Shown here: positions 1 to 9,748 of the stretch, in pieces
Layout: every line of letters begins with the position of its first letter
Position numbering within the stretch: the first letter of the stretch is position 1
Position numbers and translations under genes: made by a program
Source of the DNA: Clostridia bacterium
GTDB lineage: Bacteria > Bacillota > Clostridia > Christensenellales > CAG-917
Assembly: GCA_017618055.1 (NCBI GenBank)
Contig: JAFZVB010000014.1
Span: forward strand, 71,663-135,662
Length of the DNA stretch: 64,000 bases
Reading direction: 5' to 3'
Notes under the pieces: model-generated
What the model saw: only the letters and a program-made list of their open reading frames with translations
Told to the model about the DNA's origin: nothing
Databases searched by the model: none

Positions 1-691
1 CTTCTTTAAGAAGATTTGCAAAATTGGTGTGTCCATCCTTTAAATCATTTCCATAAGAGTTAACGTTTTGTCCAAGAAGAGTTATTTCTTTATATCCTTC
101 GTCTAGACATCTTCTAACTTCGTCTACGATTGCATCCATAGGACGAGATAATTCTCTACCTCTTACATATGGGACAATACAGTATGTGCAGAAGTTATTG
201 CACCCATAAATAATGTTTACCCAAGCATTAGGATATGAGGTTCTTGTAACAGGAATTTTGTCATCTGTTTCAAGATAATCTTGAACCATTTCTTGAGACA
301 TATATTTATACTTTTTTTCTTTTTTTCGTGATTCTAACACGTTGAAAATGGCTTCTTTGAGTTGATCTAGGTTCCTTGTTCCTAGCACAATATCCACATA
401 TGGATATTTCTGTTTTAAGAGTGCATCATATCCTGCTTGTTGAGTCATACAACCAACAACTGCAACTATCATATCCTTCTTGTTTTTTTTCTCTGTCTTT
501 ACAACACCGAGATTTCCAAAGATATGTTTTTCTGCAGTATCTCTAATACAGCAAGTATTGAAAACATAAATATCTGGAATTGTATCTCCAGCTTCTTTAT
601 ATCCTAGTTCTTCTAGAATACCTGCTATCTTTTCACTCTCATGGACGTTCATCTGACATCCATAAGTCATTACTTTGTACAACTTATCCAT
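1..691 (-). CDS. miaB: MiaB-family tRNA methylthiotransferase, N-terminal ~230 aa only (C-terminus lies beyond the left window edge)
   Basis: The minus-strand reading from the ATG at 689-691 gives MDKLYKVMTYGCQMNVHESEKIAGILEELG... It then shows the radical-SAM motif IIYGCNNFCTYCIVPYVRGRE. The ATG overlaps the thiI stop (TAATG). It is absent from the ORF track because it is open at the window edge. Confidence 0.8.
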   Translation of the reverse strand, partial: MDKLYKVMTYGCQMNVHESEKIAGILEELGYKEAGDTIPDIYVFNTCCIRDTAEKHIFGNLGVVKTEKKNKKDMIVAVVGCMTQQAGYDALLKQKYPYVDIVLGTRNLDQLKEAIFNVLESRKKEKKYKYMSQEMVQDYLETDDKIPVTRTSYPNAWVNIIYGCNNFCTYCIVPYVRGRELSRPMDAIVDEVRRCLDEGYKEITLLGQNVNSYGNDLKDGHTNFANLLKE

Positions 692-1875
692 TATAATACT
701 TCCATTTCATCTAATGCTTTTTGCATTAGCTCTTCTGCATTTTCTATGTTCTTCTCTACTTTTTCTACGTATTCAAGCTTTGGTCTAATTGCTGGTTGCT
801 TTGGAAGGAATATGGTACAACAATCTTCATATGGAAGAATGGATGTATCAAATGTCCCTATCTTTCTAGCAATTGCCATAATTTCTTCTTTGTCCATACC
901 AATTAAAGGTCTGAATACAGGAGTTGTTGTAACTGCATTTGTACAAGTTATACTTTGTACAGTCTGAGATGCAACTTGTCCTAAAGATTCTCCTGTAATA
1001 ATTGCACCACACTTTTCTCTCTTTGCAACTTCTGTGGCTATTCTCATCATGAATCTTCTCATAATGGTAATCATAAGTTCAGCTGGACATTTTTCGTGTA
1101 TTGCAACTTGTATATCTGTGAAGTTTACAACATACATCTTAATTGGTGTTGCATATTTAGAAACAATGTTTCTAAGTTCTACAACTTTTTCCTTTGCTTT
1201 TTCAGATGTGTATGGAGGTGATGCAAAATGTATTGCTACAAGTTTCATGCCTCTCTTTGCCATCATATATGTTGCAACTGGTGAATCAATACCACCAGAA
1301 ATAAGAACTAATCCTTTGTCTGAACATCCAACAGGAAGTCCACCAGGTCCAGGAATAACTCCACAATATACAAATGCCTTTCCGTTCTCTCTAATATCTA
1401 CAAAGAATTCAAAGTCATGATTATCTAAATCTACTCTAAAGTTTGGTATTGCTCTTAAAATATCTCCAGCAACAAAGGCAGCAATCTCAGCTGAGTTCAT
1501 CTTTAACTTCTTATCTGCTCTTTTAACAGTTACTCTGAAGCTTGGATCCTTTTTAAATGTGCTCTCTACTGTGTCTACTGCAAGCTGAACTAGTGCCTTT
1601 CTTATTTCAGCATAGTTTCCTTCTTCGTTTGTTGGAACTTTTTCACCAATAGAAATAGAATAAACACCAAAGACCTTAGTAATCTTGTCTACAAGTTCAT
1701 CCTCTATTGCTAAATCATAATTTTCTATGAAATATCTACCTTGAGATTTTGTGAAGGTATATGTTAATCCTTCAAGAGAGACTTTAATGTTGTGTATAAG
1801 TAAACTCTCAAAATAATCCCTGTTTTTTCCTTTTAGGAAAATTTCACCATATCTAATAATAATTACTCTTTCCAT
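691..1875 (-). CDS. thiI: tRNA uracil 4-sulfurtransferase ThiI
   Basis: 394 aa with a THUMP-like N-terminal half and the PP-loop SGGIDSPVA. It forms the classical pair with the upstream cysteine desulfurase. Confidence 0.9.
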   Translation of the reverse strand: MERVIIIRYGEIFLKGKNRDYFESLLIHNIKVSLEGLTYTFTKSQGRYFIENYDLAIEDELVDKITKVFGVYSISIGEKVPTNEEGNYAEIRKALVQLAVDTVESTFKKDPSFRVTVKRADKKLKMNSAEIAAFVAGDILRAIPNFRVDLDNHDFEFFVDIRENGKAFVYCGVIPGPGGLPVGCSDKGLVLISGGIDSPVATYMMAKRGMKLVAIHFASPPYTSEKAKEKVVELRNIVSKYATPIKMYVVNFTDIQVAIHEKCPAELMITIMRRFMMRIATEVAKREKCGAIITGESLGQVASQTVQSITCTNAVTTTPVFRPLIGMDKEEIMAIARKIGTFDTSILPYEDCCTIFLPKQPAIRPKLEYVEKVEKNIENAEELMQKALDEMEVL

Positions 1876-1882
1876 CTATCTC

Positions 1883-3043
1883 CTATATCCTGCCAATTCT
1901 ATAAAGAGCTTCCCACTCTTTCTTAGCAGCCTCTACAACTTTTTCTATTTCATCTGGTGTATTAAATTCAGAAACACTGAATCTAATAATGCCATCTCTG
2001 TGGTCATCGTCAAGTTTAAGTAATTTCTTAAATCTACTTTCATGGTGAGATGAACATGCAGATCCTATTCCACAAAGAATTCCATACTTTTCAAGTGTGT
2101 GTAAAAGTACTTCGCCTCTTACCTTTGGGAATGCCACAGTCAATATATTTCCACATCCATTTTCTGGTGTAATAATCTTTAGATTATCTATCTTCTCCAT
2201 CAATTCTTTCTTTAATTGCTCAATATAGAAGGAAGTTTTGGATATGTTTGCTTCAAATCTTTCGTTATTTATCTCTACTGCCTTCTTAAATGCCATTACT
2301 AAAGCAGTTGGCTCTGTTCCTGAACGATATCCCTTTTCTTGGCCACCACCGAATATGAGAGGTTTTACGCTTACACCTTTCTTAACGAATAATGCGCCAA
2401 TTCCTTTTGGACCATGAATCTTGTGTCCAGAAATTGAATAAAGGTCTACTCCTAAACTTCTTAAGTTTACAGGAATCTTTTCAAAGGCTTGTACACCATC
2501 TGAATGGAATATAGCTTTAGGATTTACTCTTTTTACAATACGGACAAGTTTTGCAATATCATTTACTGCACCAGTTTCATTGGATACATGCATTATGGAT
2601 ACTAATTCTGTTTGTGGTGTAACCAATTTTTCAAACTCTTCTATATTTATAGAACCATCTGGATTAATTGGTGCAAATACTACATCATATCCTTGCTCTT
2701 GTAATTGCTTTGCAGAATTGTTAATAGCATCATGTTCTCCGCCACCAACAATAACTCTGCATCCTTTCTTCTTCTTTGTGCAGAATAACGCTGTATTGTC
2801 TGCCTCGGATCCACCAGATAAGAAAATTAAATCTCCATCTGGAGCACCAAGACTCTTCTTTATATATTCTCTTGCAGCATTGAGTTCTACAAATACATCT
2901 ACAGATGGTTTGTATAATGCAGATGGGTTAAAATAGTTCTCTTCGTTGAACTTTCTTATCTCATCTAAACACTCCGAATATGCCTTCGTTGTGGCTGCAT
3001 TGTCTAAATATATGTAATCCATTCTATATTCCCTTTCTTCCAT
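1883..3043 (-). CDS. cysteine desulfurase (NifS/NifZ-like, probable sulfur donor for ThiI)
   Basis: 386 aa with the PLP-lysine motif SGHKIHGPKGIG and the active-site loop GSACSS. It lies 7 nt upstream of thiI. Confidence 0.85.
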   Translation of the reverse strand: MEEREYRMDYIYLDNAATTKAYSECLDEIRKFNEENYFNPSALYKPSVDVFVELNAAREYIKKSLGAPDGDLIFLSGGSEADNTALFCTKKKKGCRVIVGGGEHDAINNSAKQLQEQGYDVVFAPINPDGSINIEEFEKLVTPQTELVSIMHVSNETGAVNDIAKLVRIVKRVNPKAIFHSDGVQAFEKIPVNLRSLGVDLYSISGHKIHGPKGIGALFVKKGVSVKPLIFGGGQEKGYRSGTEPTALVMAFKKAVEINNERFEANISKTSFYIEQLKKELMEKIDNLKIITPENGCGNILTVAFPKVRGEVLLHTLEKYGILCGIGSACSSHHESRFKKLLKLDDDHRDGIIRFSVSEFNTPDEIEKVVEAAKKEWEALYRIGRI

Positions 3044-3524
3044 TTATGTACATTTTGATTAATGAGTCTAGATATGTGTCAGGTGCGAATAATAATCTCT
3101 TACTCTCATTCATTTCTTTGAACACTATTTGCTTTACATCTGTTGCTTGGATATTAGGAGCAGCAACTATGTCTCCCTTTTGAACAACATCCATAAAGAT
3201 GGAATAATCTTCTATATCTTTTAACTCTAGCATTAACATTCTACTTTGTTTTCTAACCATGTCTTCCTTGCTTATTACTAAACAAACATCGTCTATAGCA
3301 TATGTAAATGCGAATGATCTTCTGTTATTTAAAACTATGAGTACAAATCCAGATACAGCCAAAAATCCGAATCCCATGAACATATAATATGAAACATAGA
3401 ATGCAGAAATTAAGAAACCTAGGGATAAAATCCCTAAAATAGTTCCAATTATACGCAATGAATTAGAATTGCGAGATGGATCTACTCTTTCTGTTTGGAT
3501 GTAGTTTGGATTTACCATACTCAT
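3024..3524 (-). CDS. hypothetical membrane protein (two TM helices plus a ~90-aa soluble C-terminal domain, possibly bPH/YdbS-like)
   Basis: 166-aa ORF with two adjacent hydrophobic helices (IIGTILGILSLGFLISAFYV, FGFLAVSGFVLIVL). Its start overlaps the mutS2 stop by 4 nt and its end overlaps the desulfurase start. No catalytic motif was recognised. Confidence 0.5.
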   Translation of the reverse strand: MSMVNPNYIQTERVDPSRNSNSLRIIGTILGILSLGFLISAFYVSYYMFMGFGFLAVSGFVLIVLNNRRSFAFTYAIDDVCLVISKEDMVRKQSRMLMLELKDIEDYSIFMDVVQKGDIVAAPNIQATDVKQIVFKEMNESKRLLFAPDTYLDSLIKMYINGRKGI

Positions 3525-5587
3525 TTCTTTCCTTTTACTTTGTAGAAGTCTCCTGCTTTAACTTTTGTATGAATCTTACCAAGAGTTACTTCGCCATCTC
3601 CCTTTGGAGTGAGTCTTGTTAATACACCAACTTTGTCTAAAGATTTAACGTAAACGTTATCTCCAACCTTTAATGGTGAATCATCTCTTTCTGTCTTTAC
3701 TTCATTTACAGGCTCTCTTTCATATTCGGCAGCCATATTTTGAAGTTTAGACTTCAATGCTCTTGCTTCAAAGAGGTCTTTTTCTTGTATTACAGGTTTT
3801 GAAAGTATTTCTTTTAAGTCGTCAATTATGTCTTGTGCTTCAAGAACAGACTTTTCAATTAACTTCTTTGTTTCTTTTCTAATACTTTCATTTAGTTTTT
3901 CTTGCTTTGCTTTTAAGATTTCCTTTTCTTTTTCTGCATTTTCTCTTTCTTTTGCAGCTTGCTCTCTATCATCAAGTGTGTCTTGAAGAAGTTGCTCTGC
4001 TTTCTTTCTAGTTGCTTCAGCAGCAATAATGACGGAGTCAAATTGCTTCTTTTCTTTAGAAAGTCTATTTCTTGCATCTTCTATAATCTCAGGATTGAGT
4101 CCTAACTTAGATGCAATATCTAAAGCATTGGATGAACCAATTGTGTTCATAACAAGCTTAAATGTTGGAGAAAGTGTCTTTATATCAAACTCCATAGATG
4201 CAGTTACTACACCAGGAGTAATTAGTGCAAATTCTTTCAAATCATTAAAGTGTGATGTTACTAAAGATACACAATTTATCTTTAAAAGATAATTTACAAT
4301 AGAAACAGCAAGTGCAGCACCTTCAGAAGGATCTGTACCAGAACCTAATTCATCAAACAACACTAAAGACTTCTCTGTAACTTTTTTGAATATGTCACAA
4401 GTATTAACCATGTGTGCTGAGAATGTAGATAAAGACTGCTCTATACTTTGCTCGTCTCCAATATCTGAGAAAACTCCGTCATACATAGAAATAGAAGCTG
4501 TCTTTGCTGGAATAAATAATCCAGATGCAGCCATTAATACAAATAAACCAACCATCTTAAGAGTTACAGTTTTTCCACCTGTGTTTGGTCCTGTAATTAA
4601 GAGCATTCTGTTGCTATTCTTTCCAACTTCAAGTGAAACTGGAACAACTTTCTTGGCTATAATTAGTGGATGTCTTCCTTCTTTAATGGATATATATCCA
4701 TTATCATTTAAAGATGGTCTATTAGCCTTCATTGAATGAGCAAGTTGTGCCTTTGCAAATACAAGGTCTAAGTCCACTATGTTTTGATATGTCCATTTGA
4801 GTTGCTCTACAAAGTTTCTAATTCTATCTGTTAAGTTTCTAAGAATTCTATCTATCTCTTTTTGTTCATCAAATTGTGCTTGTCTAAGGTCATTATTAAG
4901 TTCTACTACTACTGTTGGTTCAATGTAGATTGTGGAACCAGATGCAGACTGATCATGTACTAATCCGTTGATTTGTCCTCTATACTCATTCTTTACTGGA
5001 ATTACGTATCTGTCTTGTCTAACGGTTACAATACCATCTGAAAGCATCTTGGAATATGTATTAGAATTGATGTAACTATTGAGCTTTGCCTTGATGTTCT
5101 CGTTTATCTTTCTAATCCTTATACGAATAGACCTAAGTTCACTAGAAGCATTGTCAGAGACCTCTGTTTCAGATAGGAAACTATCTGAGATGATTTGCTC
5201 TAGCTCTTTGTTGGCATAAAGGAGAGACACTTTAGACATCAATAAAGGTATATTTGGAACCTTTGTAACCTTCTCTATAATATTTCTTGAAATTCTTAAA
5301 CATCTTCCCACTTCAATAAGTTCTGGAATGGATAAAGTTGCACCTTTAATAACTCTGCCAATTGCTTCATTAATATCTACAACTTCAAAAGATGGAGAAC
5401 AAGAAATATCAAAAAGAACATGGTCTGCCTCGGCTGTATATGCAAGCATATCTTCTGCCTCTCTTAGATCATTAACTGGTCTAAGTGCCTTGGCGAGTTC
5501 TTTTGCACCATTAGATTGAGCAAATGTTGCAAGTTGCTCAAGGATTACATCATACTCTAATGTTTTTAATGACTTTTCATCAAACAT
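3521..5587 (-). CDS. mutS2: MutS2/RqcU-family ATPase, truncated architecture without a C-terminal Smr domain
   Basis: 688 aa with Walker A GPNTGGKTVTLK, Walker B region LVLFDELGSGTDPSEG and a long K/E-rich coiled coil. The C-terminus is KOW-like (GDNVYVKSLDKVGVLTRL...). No LDLHG or HGxGxG Smr motifs are present. Confidence 0.85.
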   Translation of the reverse strand: MFDEKSLKTLEYDVILEQLATFAQSNGAKELAKALRPVNDLREAEDMLAYTAEADHVLFDISCSPSFEVVDINEAIGRVIKGATLSIPELIEVGRCLRISRNIIEKVTKVPNIPLLMSKVSLLYANKELEQIISDSFLSETEVSDNASSELRSIRIRIRKINENIKAKLNSYINSNTYSKMLSDGIVTVRQDRYVIPVKNEYRGQINGLVHDQSASGSTIYIEPTVVVELNNDLRQAQFDEQKEIDRILRNLTDRIRNFVEQLKWTYQNIVDLDLVFAKAQLAHSMKANRPSLNDNGYISIKEGRHPLIIAKKVVPVSLEVGKNSNRMLLITGPNTGGKTVTLKMVGLFVLMAASGLFIPAKTASISMYDGVFSDIGDEQSIEQSLSTFSAHMVNTCDIFKKVTEKSLVLFDELGSGTDPSEGAALAVSIVNYLLKINCVSLVTSHFNDLKEFALITPGVVTASMEFDIKTLSPTFKLVMNTIGSSNALDIASKLGLNPEIIEDARNRLSKEKKQFDSVIIAAEATRKKAEQLLQDTLDDREQAAKERENAEKEKEILKAKQEKLNESIRKETKKLIEKSVLEAQDIIDDLKEILSKPVIQEKDLFEARALKSKLQNMAAEYEREPVNEVKTERDDSPLKVGDNVYVKSLDKVGVLTRLTPKGDGEVTLGKIHTKVKAGDFYKVKGKK

Positions 5588-5589
5588 AA

Positions 5590-7977
5590 TTATCCACGTA
5601 TCTTAGCTTTGAATTTTCTACTTAATAATGAAAGTATCTTATCCATTGCTTCTTGAATTTCTTCGTCTTTGAGCGTTCTTTCATTAGATGTGAATGTGAA
5701 TGAAAGTGCTATACTCTTCTTATCTTTACCAATCTTGTCTCCTTCATAAACATCAAAGATGTTTGCAGTTGCAAGATTTGCAATTTTTCCACTCTTAATT
5801 GCTGCAATCATGTCTCCAGCAACAACCTTTTTATCTACTACAACAGCTAAGTCTCTATCAATTGGTGGGAACTTACTGAATGCCTTGAATTTAATTGTTG
5901 ATTCAGTACACTTGAACAATTCTTCTAATGAAATTTCAGCAATATATAATCTTTGTTCGTCTACTCCATATTTGTCTGCAACATCTGGATGAACTTCACC
6001 AAGAACACCAATTTCTTTTCCACAAACTGAAATAGAAGCACTTCTACCAATGTGTAAATAAGAAACTTGTTTCTTTGCATATGTTGGCTCTACACCAAGA
6101 GCATAACATAATCCATCTAAATATCCTTTCAAATCATAGAAGTCACCTTCGCCATACATACCAATAACTAATTTTTCTTCTTCCTTTGGAAGATCTTTCA
6201 TTGGTAATTCATTTGGAAGATATACTTTTGCTATTTCAAAAAGCTTTGCTTTTTTGTTGAAGTGAGATATATTGAATGCCAACATTTCAAGCATATTGTG
6301 TGCAAGAACTGTTCTCATAACAGATAAATCCTCTCCAAGTGGATTGATAATCTTAATAAGCTTTGTATCTGGATCCAATCCAAGTTTTTCAACATACTTT
6401 GGAGATGTGAAAGAATATGAAATTGCTTCACTTAATCCCATGGATACTAAAATATCTTTTACATGGTCTACATTTTCAATCTTTGGAAGCTTTCCACCTT
6501 TTGTTAAAGGTGCATATGCAAACAATGTTGGTTTTACATGCTTGTATCCATAAACTCTAATGAATTCTTCTGCTATATCGTTTACACCATAAATATCTTC
6601 TCTGTCTTCTTTGATGTGTGCAGTGATAACATTTCCGTTTTCACTTGTTTCAATACCAAGTTTAGAAAGTATATTTAATAATGTATTCTTTGGAACATTG
6701 CATCCTAAGATATTTTTAATATCTTTTGTTGTGAATGAAATGTCTTTTACTGTCTTATAATCTACCTTAACATCTATAATTCCAGATGTGATATCTCCAC
6801 TCTTGCTCTCATAAATCATTGTTAAAGCTCTCTTTAATCCTAATTCTTGAGAAGCAAAGTCTATACCTTTTTCAAATCTTGCAGAACTATCTGATCTTAA
6901 GTTCAATGCTCTAGATGTTCTTCTTACACTATCTCTAGCAAATTTAGCGGATTCGAATACAACAGAAGATGTATCATCTTTAATTCCACTTTCTTCACCA
7001 CCCATAATGCCAGCAACAGCAACTGGTTTATTTGCGTCACAAATAACAAGCATGTTTTCTGTTAATACATTGTCTTTTCCATCTAGAGAAATAATATGTT
7101 CACCTTGATTTGCTTTTCTTACAACTATCTTCTTTCCACCAAGTTCTCTTTCATCAAATGAGTGCATTGGTTGTCCGATTTCTGTTAATACATAGTTAGT
7201 AATATCTACGATATTATTGATTGGTCTAATACCAACTGCTCTTAATCTATGTTTGATAACTGGATCAGATTCGAATATCTTTACGTTCTTAACGCCAGCT
7301 GCCATGTATCTTGGGCAAAGGTCTGGTGCTTTAACTTCTACAGATACTAATGAAGAAACATCTCCGGCATCCTTAGAAACCTCATAATTAATATGTGGAT
7401 TCTTGCATTCTTTGTTTAAACAAACAGCAACTTCTCTTGCGAGTTTGTAAATACTGTTACAATCTGGTCTATTTGCTGTAATTGCAACGTCTAATATGAC
7501 ATCATCTTGTCCTAATGCTTGTAAAGCATTCATACCAAGTGTTGTGCCTTCTGGGAATCTTAAGATATCTCCTTTCTTTTGGTTATCTACTTCGCCTTCT
7601 GAAAGTCCAACTTCCTCAAGACCACAAAGCATACCTTCTGAAAGAACACCTCTAAGTTCTCCACTCTTAATAACTTGTCCATTTGCAAGTACTGCACCAT
7701 CTAAAGATACAGCAACAACTTCACCACCAACTACTGGAACATTTGTAATAACTTGGATTGTCTTTGTTCCAATATCTATTTGTGTGACTCTTAATCTGTC
7801 TGCATTTGGATGTTGTTCAACTTTTACTATTTTACCAACAACAACGTTGTTGACTTTCTTATCTTGATATATAACTTCTTCAACTTCGAAACCAATTCCA
7901 ACAAGTTTCTTAACAAGTTGATCTACAGAACAATCTATATCTACATATTCTTTTAACCATGAAATAGGTGCTAACAT
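5590..7977 (-). CDS. pheT: phenylalanine--tRNA ligase beta subunit
   Basis: 795 aa with an N-terminal tRNA-binding (OB) domain followed by B3/4, B5 and a C-terminal anticodon-binding-like domain. It lies directly downstream of pheS. Confidence 0.95.
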   Translation of the reverse strand: MLAPISWLKEYVDIDCSVDQLVKKLVGIGFEVEEVIYQDKKVNNVVVGKIVKVEQHPNADRLRVTQIDIGTKTIQVITNVPVVGGEVVAVSLDGAVLANGQVIKSGELRGVLSEGMLCGLEEVGLSEGEVDNQKKGDILRFPEGTTLGMNALQALGQDDVILDVAITANRPDCNSIYKLAREVAVCLNKECKNPHINYEVSKDAGDVSSLVSVEVKAPDLCPRYMAAGVKNVKIFESDPVIKHRLRAVGIRPINNIVDITNYVLTEIGQPMHSFDERELGGKKIVVRKANQGEHIISLDGKDNVLTENMLVICDANKPVAVAGIMGGEESGIKDDTSSVVFESAKFARDSVRRTSRALNLRSDSSARFEKGIDFASQELGLKRALTMIYESKSGDITSGIIDVKVDYKTVKDISFTTKDIKNILGCNVPKNTLLNILSKLGIETSENGNVITAHIKEDREDIYGVNDIAEEFIRVYGYKHVKPTLFAYAPLTKGGKLPKIENVDHVKDILVSMGLSEAISYSFTSPKYVEKLGLDPDTKLIKIINPLGEDLSVMRTVLAHNMLEMLAFNISHFNKKAKLFEIAKVYLPNELPMKDLPKEEEKLVIGMYGEGDFYDLKGYLDGLCYALGVEPTYAKKQVSYLHIGRSASISVCGKEIGVLGEVHPDVADKYGVDEQRLYIAEISLEELFKCTESTIKFKAFSKFPPIDRDLAVVVDKKVVAGDMIAAIKSGKIANLATANIFDVYEGDKIGKDKKSIALSFTFTSNERTLKDEEIQEAMDKILSLLSRKFKAKIRG

Positions 7978-7990
7978 TTTTGTCTACCTC

Positions 7991-9013
7991 CTATTTATCG
8001 AATTGTTTAAGGAAACGTACATCATTTTCATATAAGAGTTTGATGTTTGGAATTCCATATTTAATCATTGCAATACGCTCTACACCAAGACCGAATGCAA
8101 ATCCGCTATATTCTTTGCTATCTATACCACACATATCGAGAACGACTGGATTAACTACACCAGCACCAAGAATTTCTACCCAACCAGTATGCTTACATAC
8201 TGAACAACCTTTACCATGACATACAGAACATGTAACGTCAACTTCAACAGATGGTTCTGTAAATGGGAAATATGATGGACGTAAACGAACTTTTGTGTCT
8301 TTAGAGAAAACTTTCTCTGCAAATGCTTCTAAACATCCTTGTAAGTCTCCCATTGTAATGTGCTTATCTACAGCAAGTCCTTCAATTTGATGGAAGATTG
8401 GGCTGTGAGATACGTCATCATCACTTCTATATACCTTACCAGGTATAATGACACGGATTGGTGGCTTTTGAGTTGTCATGATTCTTGCTTGCATTGAAGA
8501 TGTTTGTGTACGTAATACCATTTCATCTCCAACATAGAATGTGTCTTGCATTTCTCTTGCTGGATGATCTTTTGGAACATTTAATAATTGGAAATTAAAC
8601 ATATCTGTTTCAATCTCTGGTCCTTCATCTACAGTAAATCCCATCTCTAAGAATGTGTCTACTATCTCTTTCTTTGTCTTTGACAAAGGATGTAAGGTTC
8701 CAAAGCCTTCAAATGTGGATGGAAGTGTTACGTCAATGTCTTCAGCAAGTAATCTTGCTTGCTTCTCTTGTTCAACGATAATAGATGTCTTGCTTTCAAG
8801 AGCAGATTCAATTTCTCCTCTAACATCATTGAACATCTTACCTAAAATAGGTCTTTCTTCTTTTGATACATTTCCTAGTCCTCTCATTAAAAGAGTCATT
8901 TCACCGGATTTTCCGAGATAACGAACTCTGATGTCATTGAGAGAGCTAGAATCATTTGCCTTAGAAATTGCTTCTAATGCTTCGTTTTTCATTGCTTCTA
9001 ATTTTTCTTTCAT
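7991..9013 (-). CDS. pheS: phenylalanine--tRNA ligase alpha subunit
   Basis: Class II aaRS core (FPFTEPS, GFAFGLGVERIAM). I place the start at ATG 9013 (MKEKLEAMK...), preceded by GGAGA. The ORF-track start at 9073 is an upstream GTG. Confidence 0.9.
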   Translation of the reverse strand: MKEKLEAMKNEALEAISKANDSSSLNDIRVRYLGKSGEMTLLMRGLGNVSKEERPILGKMFNDVRGEIESALESKTSIIVEQEKQARLLAEDIDVTLPSTFEGFGTLHPLSKTKKEIVDTFLEMGFTVDEGPEIETDMFNFQLLNVPKDHPAREMQDTFYVGDEMVLRTQTSSMQARIMTTQKPPIRVIIPGKVYRSDDDVSHSPIFHQIEGLAVDKHITMGDLQGCLEAFAEKVFSKDTKVRLRPSYFPFTEPSVEVDVTCSVCHGKGCSVCKHTGWVEILGAGVVNPVVLDMCGIDSKEYSGFAFGLGVERIAMIKYGIPNIKLLYENDVRFLKQFDK

Positions 9014-9147
9014 TGTTTTCTCCATACGTGTATATGCGTAAATTTTTATTTTATATAAAAATAGTTGCTCCACTTTATCACTTACTAGCTAAATAGTCAA
9101 CAAAACAAATAATGTTTTGTATCCTTTTATAATCAAACAAAAAACAA

Positions 9148-9275
9148 ACAAAATGTACGTTAAAACGGCTATTTTCAGGCTTTTTATTCTAATTTTTTGA
9201 GTTTTTTAGAATAGTTTAGATAGTTTTGAATAAAAAATATGGCCAATTTATATAAAAACTGACCATAAATTTTTA
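9148..9275 (-). repeat. Intergenic repeat copy A (~128 bp), containing the nifU terminator hairpin
   Basis: It aligns by eye with 32828-32955. The shared blocks are ACAAA.TGT.CGTTAA, TTTTTAGAATAG, TTTTG..AAAAATAT and the hairpin TATGGCCA...TGACCATA versus ATAGGCCAGA...TCTGACCTAT. Confidence 0.6.
9228..9267 (-). terminator. Rho-independent terminator after nifU
   Basis: On the minus strand the stem is UAUGGUCA / UGGCCAUA (8 bp including one G-U) followed by UUUUUUA. On the plus strand the same position is a C-A mismatch. Confidence 0.6.
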
Positions 9276-9303
9276 AGATATTAATAATTATATTTTTAGA
9301 CTT

Positions 9304-9738
9304 TTATACCATATGACATCCTTCACAACCCATATCTTCTGGGAATAAAGACTTATCATATTCTATTCCATTTTTATCATAATAGTCTTTTATAGCAGAC
9401 TTCACCGCCTCTTCAGCAAGTACTGAACAATGTAGTTTATGTACTGGAAGACCGCCTAAAGCGTCTACAACCTGTTTATTAGTAACAGCGAGTGCTTCTT
9501 CAATAGTCTTTCCTTTAATCATTTCTGTGGCCATTGAGGACGATGCAATAGCACTTCCACATCCAAAAGTCTCAAATTTGATATCTTTTATGATATTATC
9601 CTCAATTTTTAGGTAAATTTTCATGATATCGCCACATTTTGCGTTACCCACTTCACCAATTCCATCTGCATTTTCAATAGAACCTACATTTCTTGGGTTC
9701 ATAAAATGATCCATAACTGTTTCTGTATATAATGCCAT
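9304..9738 (-). CDS. nifU: Fe-S cluster assembly scaffold NifU/IscU
   Basis: 144 aa with the scaffold Cys ligands in GNAKCGD, FGCGSAIA and LHCSVLA. It lies downstream of nifS. Confidence 0.9.
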   Translation of the reverse strand: MALYTETVMDHFMNPRNVGSIENADGIGEVGNAKCGDIMKIYLKIEDNIIKDIKFETFGCGSAIASSSMATEMIKGKTIEEALAVTNKQVVDALGGLPVHKLHCSVLAEEAVKSAIKDYYDKNGIEYDKSLFPEDMGCEGCHMV

Positions 9739-9748
9739 AATTCACCTC

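Noticed and set aside
9074-9303. Expected T-box leader upstream of pheS, and L-box upstream of lysA at 32717-32976
   Set aside because: I looked on the minus strand for the T-box core (GGTGGTACCGCG-like) and for the GC-rich L-box helices and found neither. These gaps instead hold the repeat element reported above.
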